A stretch of DNA of 64,000 bases. It comes from Lama guanicoe (Eukaryota). Positions 53,573 to 64,000 of this stretch are shown piece after piece (position 1 is the stretch's first letter; each line of letters starts with the position of its first letter). The translations under genes were made by a program, and so were the position numbers. A model generated the notes under the pieces. That model was not told the DNA's origin. It saw only the letters and a program-made list of their open reading frames with translations, and did not search any database. The stretch is taken from NCBI GenBank assembly GCA_013239625.1, contig MU054001.1:5753078-5817077 (forward strand). The letters run 5' to 3'.

Positions 53573-55020
53573 AAAAATTTTACCAGTGTTGCTTCTGAAC
53601 GATTCCTCCTATAGTTCACCAGTATAACCTGATTTAACCTAAGGAAAATTTATGGATTCCCAGAATTTAACAGAAAACAAAGTATCAATTAGCCTTATAA
53701 CTTTATTTACAAACATTCAAACAGAAAGAGACACTTAAACCAAAATCTAGACACTGGGATAAATGCAAAATTACAGAATATTCCTAAAGGAAAAATTAGC
53801 CTAACTTAGAATGTACTTGCTTCCCAAAACAAGAACCAAAGAACTGTAATAGGAATAAAATCTAAAGGTGGTCAAAACAAAATACATAAATAAATAAAAA
53901 CAAAGGTGGTCAAAACAGAAGGAAGATGATTAGGCCAATTTCATCTCAGTATCTAGCTATACACATTAATAACTGTTAAATGATCCTACCCAAAAAAAGC
54001 TAATTAAAAGGGGGGGGCGGTATTTTAACCTTAACATTGCCCCAGCACAGTTAATTGAACATAAATATGCTTCATTCTGGGCCCTCTGTGAGACAAAAAA
54101 AATTTTAATTCTCCATACCAGAGAGGACAGTCCTCTGTAGGTCAACAGGAAAGTATTTAATGTTAAAAATTCAACATCCTGAAATCTGGTATGTAAAAAA
54201 TACCTTATGTGGCACATAAACGTGTGTTTCAGGGCTAACACTTATCAAAATCTCTAGCACCGTTTTAAATGTAGGAGTTTCATCAGCCTGGATAATCAAT
54301 AAATAAATCTGTTGAATTCTCAAAACTCAACCATACAGCTATTCTTATGCCAAGAGTAGTTGAGGTAAATCAAGCCACTGCTGAACTCAATAAATCTTGT
54401 TTCTATAGTAACTGATGCAAATAAAATAATTCTGAAAGACAACTAAGTATATTTCTTATCCTAGGAGAAAATACAAAGCAAAGATATAAGAAAACCAGTG
54501 TAAAATGCTCCTGATGGACAGAAAAATTCTATTGAAGGAAAGAGGGATAAAAAGAATCTACACTCTTTACACAGGTTCTGGTGGGAGAAAAACAAACTTC
54601 CAAATGGTGAAACCATTCTACTGTGATCCTGACTTTATCCGTAATTATCTCTTTTAGAAAACACAAAGCTTTACCATCTCTAGGACTGACTGGGCACTTA
54701 TTGCCAACTACCTCAAACGTGCTGGTTTTCTTCTGGCTCCTGACATAAATATAAAAGTTGCTATCTGATTGACTATTGCTATTGAAAACACATATTTCAC
54801 TAAGTACAGAAAATCCTACTTTCTCCAAATCGTGTGAAGGGTGCTTTCATGCAGCACCTTCTTTTCCTGCTCAATCCTAAGACCTAGGTGACTCAGGTTC
54901 AGTCTCTAAACAGTTTACATCATGAACTCCTGTGACAGGGAGGTAATCAGTATTTCTACAGAATTTGCATGAGCTTTCCGGGTGACAGGCTGTGGAAAAG
55001 GTGCTCTTTTGTTTGCTCAC

Positions 55021-55115
55021 CAGTTGTACTTTTGTTCCAGGGAAGTTCCACCATAAGTTCTAAATAATTTCTCGTCAGCGCATATTCTGGCATTGACTGA
55101 GGCATTTTTTTGAGC
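55021..55115 (-). CDS. LONP2: LONP2 exon 6 (95 nt): (R)LKKMPQSMPEYALTRNYLELMVELPWNKSTT(D)
   Basis: Acceptor tttccccacag|G, donor G|gtgagc; inside ORF 54956..55168; typical Lon RNYLE..LPW motif. Confidence 0.96.
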
Positions 55116-55732
55116 CTGTGGGGAAAGAATACATAGCAAACCTGTTCAAGAACATAGAAAAATTCCATAAACCAGAAAAATCAAGCATATCTCCTTTTCT
55201 TGGGCAGATATATCATATATATTTGGTCAAACAAAACTGAAAAAAAAATTTTTAATCTAGTTATTAAAACGATTATTTTGTTTTAAACAGATATTTGTAA
55301 ACTGGGGTAGAGTGGACAAGATCTAATGCTATCCTTGAAATATGGTCTTATCAACATTAATATCTCACAGGGAGAGTCTCAAGTCACACTTACATACTGA
55401 TTTACTTATGACAATAAGATTTAAGTGCCTAACCATGCATAATAATTACATGTTGTTCTGTATCAGAGATGAAGCCAGCTCATGAGATATTTAATTAAAA
55501 AGTACAACTTCCATAATATATGCAGTGCTTATTAAATAGTATTCTGTACAAAACAGATGTTCTGCATTTATTAACTGATGTCAGAGTCAATATAAAATAG
55601 ACCTCAAGTACATTTACTTATGTTCTTAACTGTGAACCTCAGAAGCCAAATCTTCAGTTACTGAGCATTCAGTCAGGTTGCTTATAATTCACTCATAAAA
55701 AAAAATGCAACGTAGTTACAATACTGCAAGTA

Positions 55733-55930
55733 TGGGGAGGAGGGTATAGCTCAGTGGTAGAGCACATGCTTAGCATGCACAGGGTCCTGGGTTCAAGCCC
55801 CAGTACCTCTGCTAAAATAAGTAAATAAATAAATATAATTACTACCCCCCCCAAAAAAAAAAAAAAAAAAAATAAAAAAAAAAAAAAAAAAAAGACAGAC
55901 AGAAAGAAAGGAAAAGAAAAAAACAGGAAT
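55733..55930 (+). mobile_element. Vic-1-like SINE with long poly(A) tail
   Basis: A box (tagctcagtgg) and B box (ggttcaagccc), long A tail, TSD aa(t/c)actgcaagta. Confidence 0.87.
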
Positions 55931-56554
55931 AACACTGCAAGTAAGTAAAGAAAAAAACTGGTTTTCTATTTAACCCTGAGATCATCCAGAGAATGTAATC
56001 AACCCATATGCCCTATTCTGGTATCAAGGTTCCCTTGCACTTTATCCTGAACAAAGAGAAACTGACAGTCCCTGCCTTCTAAGAATTTATAGTCTAAGGA
56101 ATAAAACAGAAAGGTGTAAAGAACACAAATATATACTGAACAAACATTACTGTCTAAACAAGTGTGGGCCAAGTATTTAAGACAATGAAAAGGCAGTTGC
56201 AACAGTGATTGTATCTGGCAGCACACGGTAGGTAGAAGAGTTGTGTCACTTATATTCCATATTTGAGAACAAGATTCCTGAAAGCGGTACTGATTCAGGA
56301 GTCTTAAGAATGTTTTACGAATCAGATTCTGGTTTAGGAAAGAAGGAAAAGTATTCCATAGATTGCAGCTATACCCTGAGAATTAGAAAAGCCGTGAAAG
56401 CCAAGAGACAAAAGAGATTAAGGCTGACAATGGAAAGATGACTAGAGTGGTCCATGACTATATTAAATACAAAAAAAGGAGAAAGATCAAAGAATATAAA
56501 ACAAATCACTCAGCTTTGTAATGCAAAATAGCAGATTCATTTCCACGAGCAACG

Positions 56555-56768
56555 ATTTTTTTTTTTTAATTGAAGTATAGTCAGTTTACAATGTTGCACC
56601 AGTTTCTGGTGTACAGCATAGCATTTCAGTCACACATATACATACACATATTCATTTTCATATTCCTTTTTATCATAGGTTACTACAAGATATTGAATAC
56701 AGTTCCCTGTGCTATACAGAAGGAACTTCTTTATCTATTTTCTATATAGCAGTTAATATTTGCAAATC
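56555..56768 (-). mobile_element. L1 3' end, same sense as LONP2, about 70 nt from the exon 5 donor
   Basis: poly(T), ttgaagtatagtcagtttacaatgttg...gttccctgtgctatacagaagg; degenerate flanking gagcaa repeat. Confidence 0.85.
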
Positions 56769-56838
56769 CGTGAGCAATATTTTTAACATTAATAAGCAAA
56801 ATGAAGATACTCATGAATGCACAGCTTCCACAATTTAC

Positions 56839-57002
56839 CTTTTTATCTCTTTGACACAGACTTTGTGGGCCTGCTCTGGCATACTGGACGTTCGTATTTT
56901 TTTCTCTAGCATGACAATGTCATCATTATCCTCATCCTCGTCCTCGTCTTCTAAAGTACCTGGGATGTGCGTAATCCTCCTAATAGGGCGTATTGCTATA
57001 AC
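56839..57002 (-). CDS. LONP2: LONP2 exon 5 (164 nt): VIAIRPIRRITHIPGTLEDEDEDEDNDDIVMLEKKIRTSSMPEQAHKVCVKEIK(R), with acidic tract
   Basis: Acceptor ttccgccttag|GTT, donor AG|gtaaat; translation matches LONP2. Confidence 0.95.
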
Positions 57003-59535
57003 CTAAGGCGGAAAGTTAAAGAGTCAAAATAAATCGAAAACGAAGTACTTAGCTACACTTAAGGTTATAACTGGTGCTGAAGAAACATTTTTCTGGCTAG
57101 AGTCTAAATCTTTAGGAACTATGAAGCTGAAAATGGTAAGTAGGAGGCACGTGCACACATGGAGGCTACAGAATTTAAAAAGCAGACCAATATAAGGTGG
57201 ACATGGTTCTTTGGCATTGCTTAGATGACCAGCATGAGGGAAAAAATTCAAGGAACTGGCTGTTAGAAATAATTAAAACATCTAGGAATTATCTTTTTTG
57301 GAGTTATTACTGCAGCCACTATTTTCTTGATATACTTACTATTTACCATTTGGCAACTGAATAAATTTCCTTTTCCAACCTACACTACAAAGTTTCAAAC
57401 ATCTTTAATCTTTTCACCACTGGCTTTATTTTCTTTGTCTTCAACACACAGAAAAGTCCTTCTCCTTTCAAAACATTCCATCTTACCTACGGTCCCTCCT
57501 AGTTTACTACACATGATTTACTTCCCTTCTCGTGATGTCCTGCTTCTTCATCACCAATTACTTCAGTGACTCATACTCAGTACTTTGTCTTTTGTTTCTA
57601 CCATGCTGAAATTGTTCTTTGAAATCCAAAAACAGTCTCCCATGCCAAGTCAAACAGTCCTATATAAGTTCTCCTTCTCCAAGGCTCTCTATCTTATTTA
57701 AAAACTACCTTTGTGCTCTTTTGAAATTCTCTGTTTATTAACATCATGAATCTACTCTAGCCATTACTGGAGCAAAATGGTATGCTGGTATTCAATTTAA
57801 AAGCCTTGGAATTTATTTTTTAACCTATGAACTTACTCAAATATAAAAAGCTTAAAAACAGTGAAAAATATTTAATTTTATAGAAACAAAATTTAAATAT
57901 ATACTTTTATTCTTCCTTAAGTCATTAGCAGATGAAATTAATAAAATATTTTAAAGTATAAAAAACCAAAAATAAAATATTTTTAAGTTAGATTTTTAAA
58001 GAACACATCAATTATTTCACTGTTGAGACGAAAGGACTCTTCATGCAGTTTTTCCTCTAGCTGCTAAAAGAGCACTTTCGAACTCTTAGGGGAGCAGGCA
58101 AAGAATCAGTTTTAGGCAAACTCCAAATATTAGCCTCTGATTGCTGCATTTCAGCTGCTGCTTGTTTAGAGCAATTCTGAACAACTCTCTGTCTAAGCAA
58201 TGGTATTATTTATTGATAGGGAGCTGTAAGTTTTCTGTGTCTCCCAATGCAGAGTACACGTTGGTTTGTCTTTCTGCACAAAATGAGTAACTGAGTTAGT
58301 GCTCCGATCTCAAGCCAGAAATAACTGAGATTTCTGGTGTTTGCTTTCAACAGTGCGATGTCCTAGATGCCGCCCACGATGTCCTAGAACATCCGCCACA
58401 GATAAGTGACTCCCCTCTCTCCCATCATTCTCAGCCTACCTCCCCACTCCTTCCTGAGTCCCACCCGCAAGGAATCCTTCACTTCTGCTCTTCCTTCTCC
58501 ACAATGTAGTCTCTTAGATGGAGGAATGTTTCTGTGCTGATGGCATCAAAACTCCAACATTATTTTCAACCTTTCACTTAACCTCCCACTGCTTTCAGAG
58601 AGCTGTCATCTTCACCCTTGTCCACATCAAAGCTACTTTACTATCTTAACTGTGCCTACAGCATAACAGTAAGATCAACAGCTCCAAGCAGTCTTCAGGC
58701 AGATTTCATCATCCAAGTAAATGCAATATATGATAATAAAGGTGTCACAAATCAATGGGGAACTGAAGCATTATTTAATAATGGTGTTAAATTAAATAGA
58801 AAGCTATTAGGGGAAAAATATAACTGCTGTCTTCACCTTATTAACACATTGATCGCCCACTGTGGATCGGGTGCCCTTGAGGAAACACAACTCTCACCTA
58901 GATTTGGGTGAGGCGGCGAATGTGTTAGAGCAAAATAAAAACATACGTGCTAAAGAGTTAAATATTTAAACAATCAGCTAAAGGAGAACTAAAAGAAAGT
59001 GGATATTTGGAGGAAAGATGGTCTCTAAGTTTAGAAGACAGGAAAAGACTCACAGTTGACTAAATGAAAACTGAAACATTTATTAAGTTAAAAGTCAGCC
59101 AAATTAGGGCACAACACACTGACAGAGTCCTTTTAGGAAACAATTTTGTGGTATGTTCTTAACAAATACTACATGCAGTGAAAACAGTTATACTTGAAAG
59201 GTAATTTTTAAAACATTGAAAACATCACACAACGTCTAGCAGAAAGAGAAATAGCTTAGTAAACTATCCCTTTCGATGATTACCAAAAGAAACAACAAAA
59301 AATGAGAAAATGTCTACATGCTTAAAAGAAAAAAAAGAACTCAGACACGGAGAGGTAGGGAAGCAAAAACAAGAATCGAAAACTGTATCAGTAACCTGAA
59401 TGTAAGAGACAATGGACTTACTTCTTCTTTGTTCCTTTCTTTATTCCTCCCTTTTTTCCCCCCAAAAATCCCTGAATTTCACATCACACAAAAACAACTA
59501 GAAAACTGAAGAAATGGATTAAAAGAAGTATTTAC

Positions 59536-59658
59536 CCGCTTATCATCATCTTGCTTGTGTTTTCTGGTTTTTTGAAACAATTTCAGGCCTTCAATCTGCC
59601 TGACAAGCAGTGGTATGGTCATCTTGAACCGTTCCTCCAGACTCACAGCATCTAAAAT
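59536..59658 (-). CDS. LONP2: LONP2 exon 4 (123 nt, phase 0-0): ILDAVSLEERFKMTIPLLVRQIEGLKLFQKTRKHKQDDDKR
   Basis: Acceptor gtttcctcag|ATT, donor CGG|gtaaat; translation matches LONP2. Confidence 0.95.
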
Positions 59659-60744
59659 CTGAGGAAACGTGAGTCAATTTGCAGAACCGCTCTCTCAGAA
59701 ACACATGCTCCAAAACAAGGCAGTCAAGAGTCAGGACTTCAGTCATCAGGTAAAGAAGGCCACTACCATCAGTAGTCACAGCTACACGATGGCTGACACG
59801 ACTAAAGTCACTGTATTAAATCAGCAAGGTCACCTGGCACAGCGCCAGAATCCTAAAAAAAGAGAAGCATGAAAATATCTACCCTCTTAAAAATGAAGCC
59901 ACATCTGCTGTTCCAAGAGCAAGAACAAAACCACATTTTATGTCAATTCTTTCTAAAGCCCAGAATATATCTACATATTAGGCCTACACAAATTCTAGGT
60001 TCACGGCATTAAATTTTTATATACCCAAGAGAATAGGAGCACTTTTAACCAAACTCCACTACTGACTTGTCTGAGTGACTGATGTTCTCCGGTCTCTTGG
60101 TGGAACACTCTTGCCCACAGCCAGGTTAGTCTCAGGACCCCTGCACTCTCTGCTCCTACCAGGTGAGCTGAGTTCTTGTGTTTAAACCCAACCTGTCTGC
60201 ATGAGTTCCTGGATTTAAGTATTAAATAAAGTTGCTGGATTCAAGTATTAAATAAACTGATAAAATAAGGAGACTTGCTTCAATGAAAACTAACTTTAAT
60301 GTTCTAGGAAGATGAAGCAGACTGCTTAAAAACACTACAAATTAAGTATTCAAAAAAACTTACAGTTTGGAGGAAAGACAATCAAATCTAAGAGTCTACA
60401 CCTGGATTATTGTTCAAGCATCTTTAAAACTTATTTCACTTTAAAGAAACAGAAATTGAAAATCACAGATAATGCATCACAGGTGTGGCTTATGTAAGAA
60501 ATATGAAGAGGTCAAAAAAGCATGCCTACACACACGGGAAAGGTCTTGGCTCCACATTTAAAAAGTAGTGAGACAAAGTGTACTTATATATCTAAATTAA
60601 ATTAAATATTTATCTTTTTTATTATTCTCTGCCTTAACTTTTTCCATAAGTTGACAAACTACCAGTACTGATAATGCAAATAAAACAACTGCCTGAGTAC
60701 ACAACAGCGTAGAACAATCACAACCAAAAGTCAACTTAATACTA

Positions 60745-60900
60745 GGGGAGGGTATAGCTCAGTAGCTGAGTGTGTACTTAGCATGCACGAGGTCTTGGGT
60801 TCAATCCCCAGCACCTTCACTTAAAATAAATAAATTAATTAAATATATAAGTAAATAAACCTGATTACTGCCCCCTGCAAAAAAAGGAAAAAAAAATTTT
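60745..60900 (+). mobile_element. Vic-1-like SINE
   Basis: ggggagggtatagctcagtagctgagtgtgtacttagcatgcacgaggtcttgggttcaatccccagcacc plus tail; flanked by aaagtcaa. Confidence 0.85.
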
Positions 60901-61043
60901 TTAAAGTCAATATTGAATCATTATGCTCTACCACTGAAACAAATATAATGTATGTCAACTAAACCACAATTTTAAAAAGATAGTTTTATAACTAAAATTT
61001 TTTTAAAGCAATGAAGTAAATGAAAAAAAAATGTCAATTTAGT

Positions 61044-61133
61044 GGGGAGGGGATAGCTCAGTGGTAGAGCATGTGCTTAGCATGCACAAAGGTCCTGGGT
61101 TCAATCCCCAGCACCTCCATTAAACAAACAAGC
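61044..61133 (+). mobile_element. Vic-1-like SINE (short form)
   Basis: ggggaggggatagctcagtggtagagcatgtgcttagcatgcacaaaggtcctgggttcaatccccagcacctcc plus (caaa)n tail. Confidence 0.85.
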
Positions 61134-61273
61134 AAGCCAATTTAAGCGTAAAAGCATCTTAAGTACTTCTAGGAGTCTCCAGTATCTCTTACCTGAAAGT
61201 TAAAACTTACTCACTATCTAGACCCAAATGAAAAGTGCCATAGCAACTTGGCATTTCAGAAGGCACACTGTAC

Positions 61274-61405
61274 CTGGAGCTTCTCTTTGTTGCTTGTCCG
61301 GATAATTGATGTCAGAATGTCTGGTAAAGCTTCCCTTGGAAGATTATCTAAAAGACGTCTCAATTTAGCAACTGCAGGGACAGACATATCCAACATTTCA
61401 ACCAA
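61274..61405 (-). CDS. LONP2: LONP2 exon 3 (132 nt, phase 0-0), Lon N-terminal domain: LVEMLDMSVPAVAKLRRLLDNLPREALPDILTSIIRTSNKEKLQ
   Basis: Acceptor ttttcccttgtag|TTG, donor CAG|gtacag; manual translation matches LONP2; not in the ORF track. Confidence 0.95.
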
Positions 61406-61679
61406 CTACAAGGGAAAAAAAAAGCCTTTCTAATTAAATCTGGCATTATTTGTAGATTTAAAAAATCAGACCATCATCTAAGTTTAATGTTTGGGCCTCA
61501 AAGAAAGTATTTGTTTTTGAAAGATCACCGATTATTATATCCAGGCATTTTTACCCACCTCAGAGGAAAAAAGAAGTACTTTTAAAATGTCAATCATGAT
61601 GAAAAGCAAAAATGGCTCAAAAATGGATAACATTAATATTTATAAAAGGTTTTGTAAATTTGTGATTTTATATTATTAT

Positions 61680-61950
61680 GATTTTGAAAAAAATCAAAAT
61701 TTATAGAAAAGTTGCGATAGTAAACTCCTTCCCCCAATATTCTTCCCCTAAACTCACCAACTGTTAGCATTTTGCCACATTTGCCGTCTCTCCCTCTCTT
61801 TATACACTCACACAATTATTGCTGAACATTTTAGAATAAATCGCAGACATCATGACCTTTGTTCATAAGAACAAGGGCATTCTCTTACACAGTCAGTATA
61901 ATTATCCAATTCTGGAAAGGTAACAAGGTTAAGGCTACTATGTTAACCAA
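61680..61950 (-). mobile_element. Old L1MC-like 3' end fragment
   Basis: aaatttatagaaaagttgc...caccaactgttagcattttgccacatttg...aagaacaagggcattctcttacac. Confidence 0.65.
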
Positions 61951-62106
61951 TCAGTACCGAAATGCTGTTGTTTTTTTTTTTTTTTTTAGCAGAACACTGG
62001 GTTAGCTAGAATCTGAGCACTGACTATGAGTGATCTTTTTTAAAACAACTTCTAGGGGACATCCTGGAGTTACGACAGATTAAGCTCAAGGCAAGCTTTC
62101 AGTAAC

Positions 62107-62501
62107 TGTGATAGTCACTGGGGCTGCTGACAGAGTCCCCTGTCCTTTTGGGCACATGGTAGGGGGCTGCTCTTTCTCACTTCTGAACACAGATGTGGCT
62201 GTGGGTCTTGCCTTCAACCATGAAACATGAGGGGAGGTGACAGTTCCTTCTGGCCAGAAGCATTAAAAGCCATTGAGAAACATGCCACATTTCCTCTTCC
62301 TTCCTCAGCAATGACGGAAGCATGTTTTAAAATGAAGCTTCAACCCACCTGGGTCCCTATGTGACTTCTACTCGGGAGATCATTGCCCCCACTAGTTTTA
62401 GGCATGAAGTGCGGGTGAGGAGTACAACTTTGTCGCCTTATGTGACTGAGATTTGGGGGTACTTAACACAGCAAAACTTAGCCCGTACTGACTAACTCAC
62501 A
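62107..62501 (+). mobile_element. Old MLT1 (I/J-like) LTR
   Basis: tgtgatagtcac...ggccagaagcattaaaagcca...gactgagatttgggggt...cacagcaaaacttagcccgtactgactaa. Confidence 0.7.
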
Positions 62502-63404
62502 ATGTACCAAATCCTCATACAGTCACTCGAACGAGATTTCATATGCCAGTAATAACCAAACCTCCCTAAAAGCACTGTAACCTTGGAAACTGTTACCTGC
62601 CTACAGCCAAAAGAATGAAAGCATAATTTTGATGAAGCTGTTCTGGTGTGGGGGAAGTAGATAACAAAACTAGAAAATGCTCCTAAAAAAATAGAGTAAA
62701 ACAGTTAAAATTCATTCTCTGAGTATTTATTGAGTACAAACTATTTGTCAGACACAACATAGTGCTCAGTACAGGATGGCTAAAGCAGGGGTGAATTCTA
62801 GTTTGGGAGGGGAAACAAACCCATAAGACACATTTCAATACAATGTGATAAGCATTATGTTAAAAGGGATGTTTAAATGGTTGTGGAGACACACGCAAAG
62901 GAGCATTAACAATCTACAGGAGCTGGGAAAGCAAAAATCAAATATAAAAATTCAAAGAAGGTGGAACACTCCCAGAAGAGAGAATAGAAGGAAAAATCAC
63001 AGAAACGGGAAATAAAATGTGACGCTCTCTGCTGTACAGTGTGGCTAGAACCTTAGGTATAAATGGAAGTAACTAGAGGTGTGAAGGGCCTTAATGTTAT
63101 ACTAAGAAATGTGAACTTCATCCTAGAGCTATTAGAGTCTCTTACTCACAGGAGAGGGATGCTCAAAGATTACTGAGAAAGGACTCCTGAGCAGGTGGGT
63201 CAGGGAAAGAAGAAGCTAGAAGGAGATTAGTTAGGAAGCTACTGAAGAGGTCTACCAATGAGGGCTGTAGAAGCAGATGTACAAGGGGTTGGAGGAAAAG
63301 CATTAATTGGAAACAATCCTAAAGCCTAAGAAGAGAAACGATATAATTATGACATCCCGAATCAATGGAATTTATAAAAGTACTTAATATTGAAATTAGA
63401 TATG

Positions 63405-63850
63405 AATGCCATTTGCAGCAACATGGATATCCCTGAAGAATGTCATTCTAAGTGAAGTAAGCCAGAAAGAGAAAGAAAAATACCATATGATATCACTGAT
63501 ATGTGGAATCTTAAAAAAATAAAAAGGAAGAAGAAGAAGACAAATGAACTTAAATATAAAACAGAAACAGACTCACAAACAGAATACAAACTTGTGGTTG
63601 CCAGCGGGGAGGAGAGTGGAAGGGACAGACTGGGAGTTTGAGATTGGTAGATACTGACAGGTATATATAGAATACATAAATAAGTTTATACTGTATAGCA
63701 CAGGGAAATATACACAAGATCTTGTGGTAGCTCATGGGAAAAAGAATATGAAAATAAATATAAATATATATATTCATGTATGACTGAAAAATTGTGCTGT
63801 ACACCAGAAATTGACACAGCATTATAAACTAACTATAACTCAATAAAAAA
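63405..63850 (+). mobile_element. Relatively young L1 3' end (ORF2 C-terminus plus 3' UTR)
   Basis: tgccatttgcagcaacatggat...ctaagtgaagtaagccagaaagagaaag...gctgtacaccagaaattgacacagcattataaactaactataactcaataaaaaa; flanking repeat tagatatg. Confidence 0.85.
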
Positions 63851-64000
63851 TAGATATGGATCAAAAATCAAAACATAAGACTGAATAGGAACCAAAACCA
63901 GAAGAAAGCAAGAATTAAATCAGATGCATGATAGTAAAATTATGTTTCTTTCCAAAAATTCCTTTAATGTCATTGCAAAATCTTTATATGCTTAAAATTC

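Larger units (their letters stand above)
2717..61405 (-). other. LONP2: LONP2 gene, partial: span of the 10 coding exons present (human-equivalent exons 3-12); gene continues beyond both window edges
   Basis: Exon lengths 132+123+164+95+259+142+151+127+134+143 = 1470 nt splice in frame at GT-AG junctions with no stop; translation matches mammalian LONP2 from LVEMLDMSVP to PPMYEME. Exon numbering is by recalled human structure. Confidence 0.97.

Noticed and set aside
55733..55810. SINE heads as functional tRNA-Ala genes (also 18747, 60745, 61044)
   Set aside because: A-rich tails, TSDs and mutual divergence identify them as SINEs.
56770..57006. + strand ORF with poly-Ser
   Set aside because: Antisense reading of the acidic EDEDEDED tract in exon 5.
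1..64000. Novel multi-gene, CRISPR-like or prokaryotic system; neighbouring SIAH1 exons
   Set aside because: The window is explained by LONP2 exons, introns and mammalian repeats; no arrays, operon-like ORFs or SIAH1 coding sequence were seen.

Overview
Mammalian genomic DNA, most likely camelid (alpaca/llama/camel), inferred from the tRNA-Ala-derived Vic-1-type SINEs. The whole window lies inside one minus-strand gene, LONP2 (peroxisomal Lon protease). Ten coding exons are present, equivalent to human exons 3-12. All have canonical GT-AG borders and compatible phases and join into an open frame of 1470 nt (490 aa) covering the end of the N-domain, the AAA+ ATPase module and the linker to the protease domain. 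Exons 1-2 lie beyond the right edge and the protease/PTS1 exons beyond the left edge. The rest is intron, dense in retroelements: SINEs, young and old L1, HAL1, L3/CR1, MIR/L2 and MaLR/ERV LTRs. Repeat family names are by eye, not by database search. I found no convincing novel multi-gene system. The most notable observations are: a tailless 5'-half tRNA-Cys retro-insertion with a perfect 17-bp target-site duplication (TSD); inverted L1 3' ends flanking exons 3-5 and 6-7 (circRNA candidates, the second with a stop-free circular frame); strong cryptic splice sites next to exons 3 and 11; a site apparently reused for serial insertions; and a 5'-inverted (twin-primed) L1. Apart from those overlapping exons, the supplied ORFs look like chance frames or repeat remnants.
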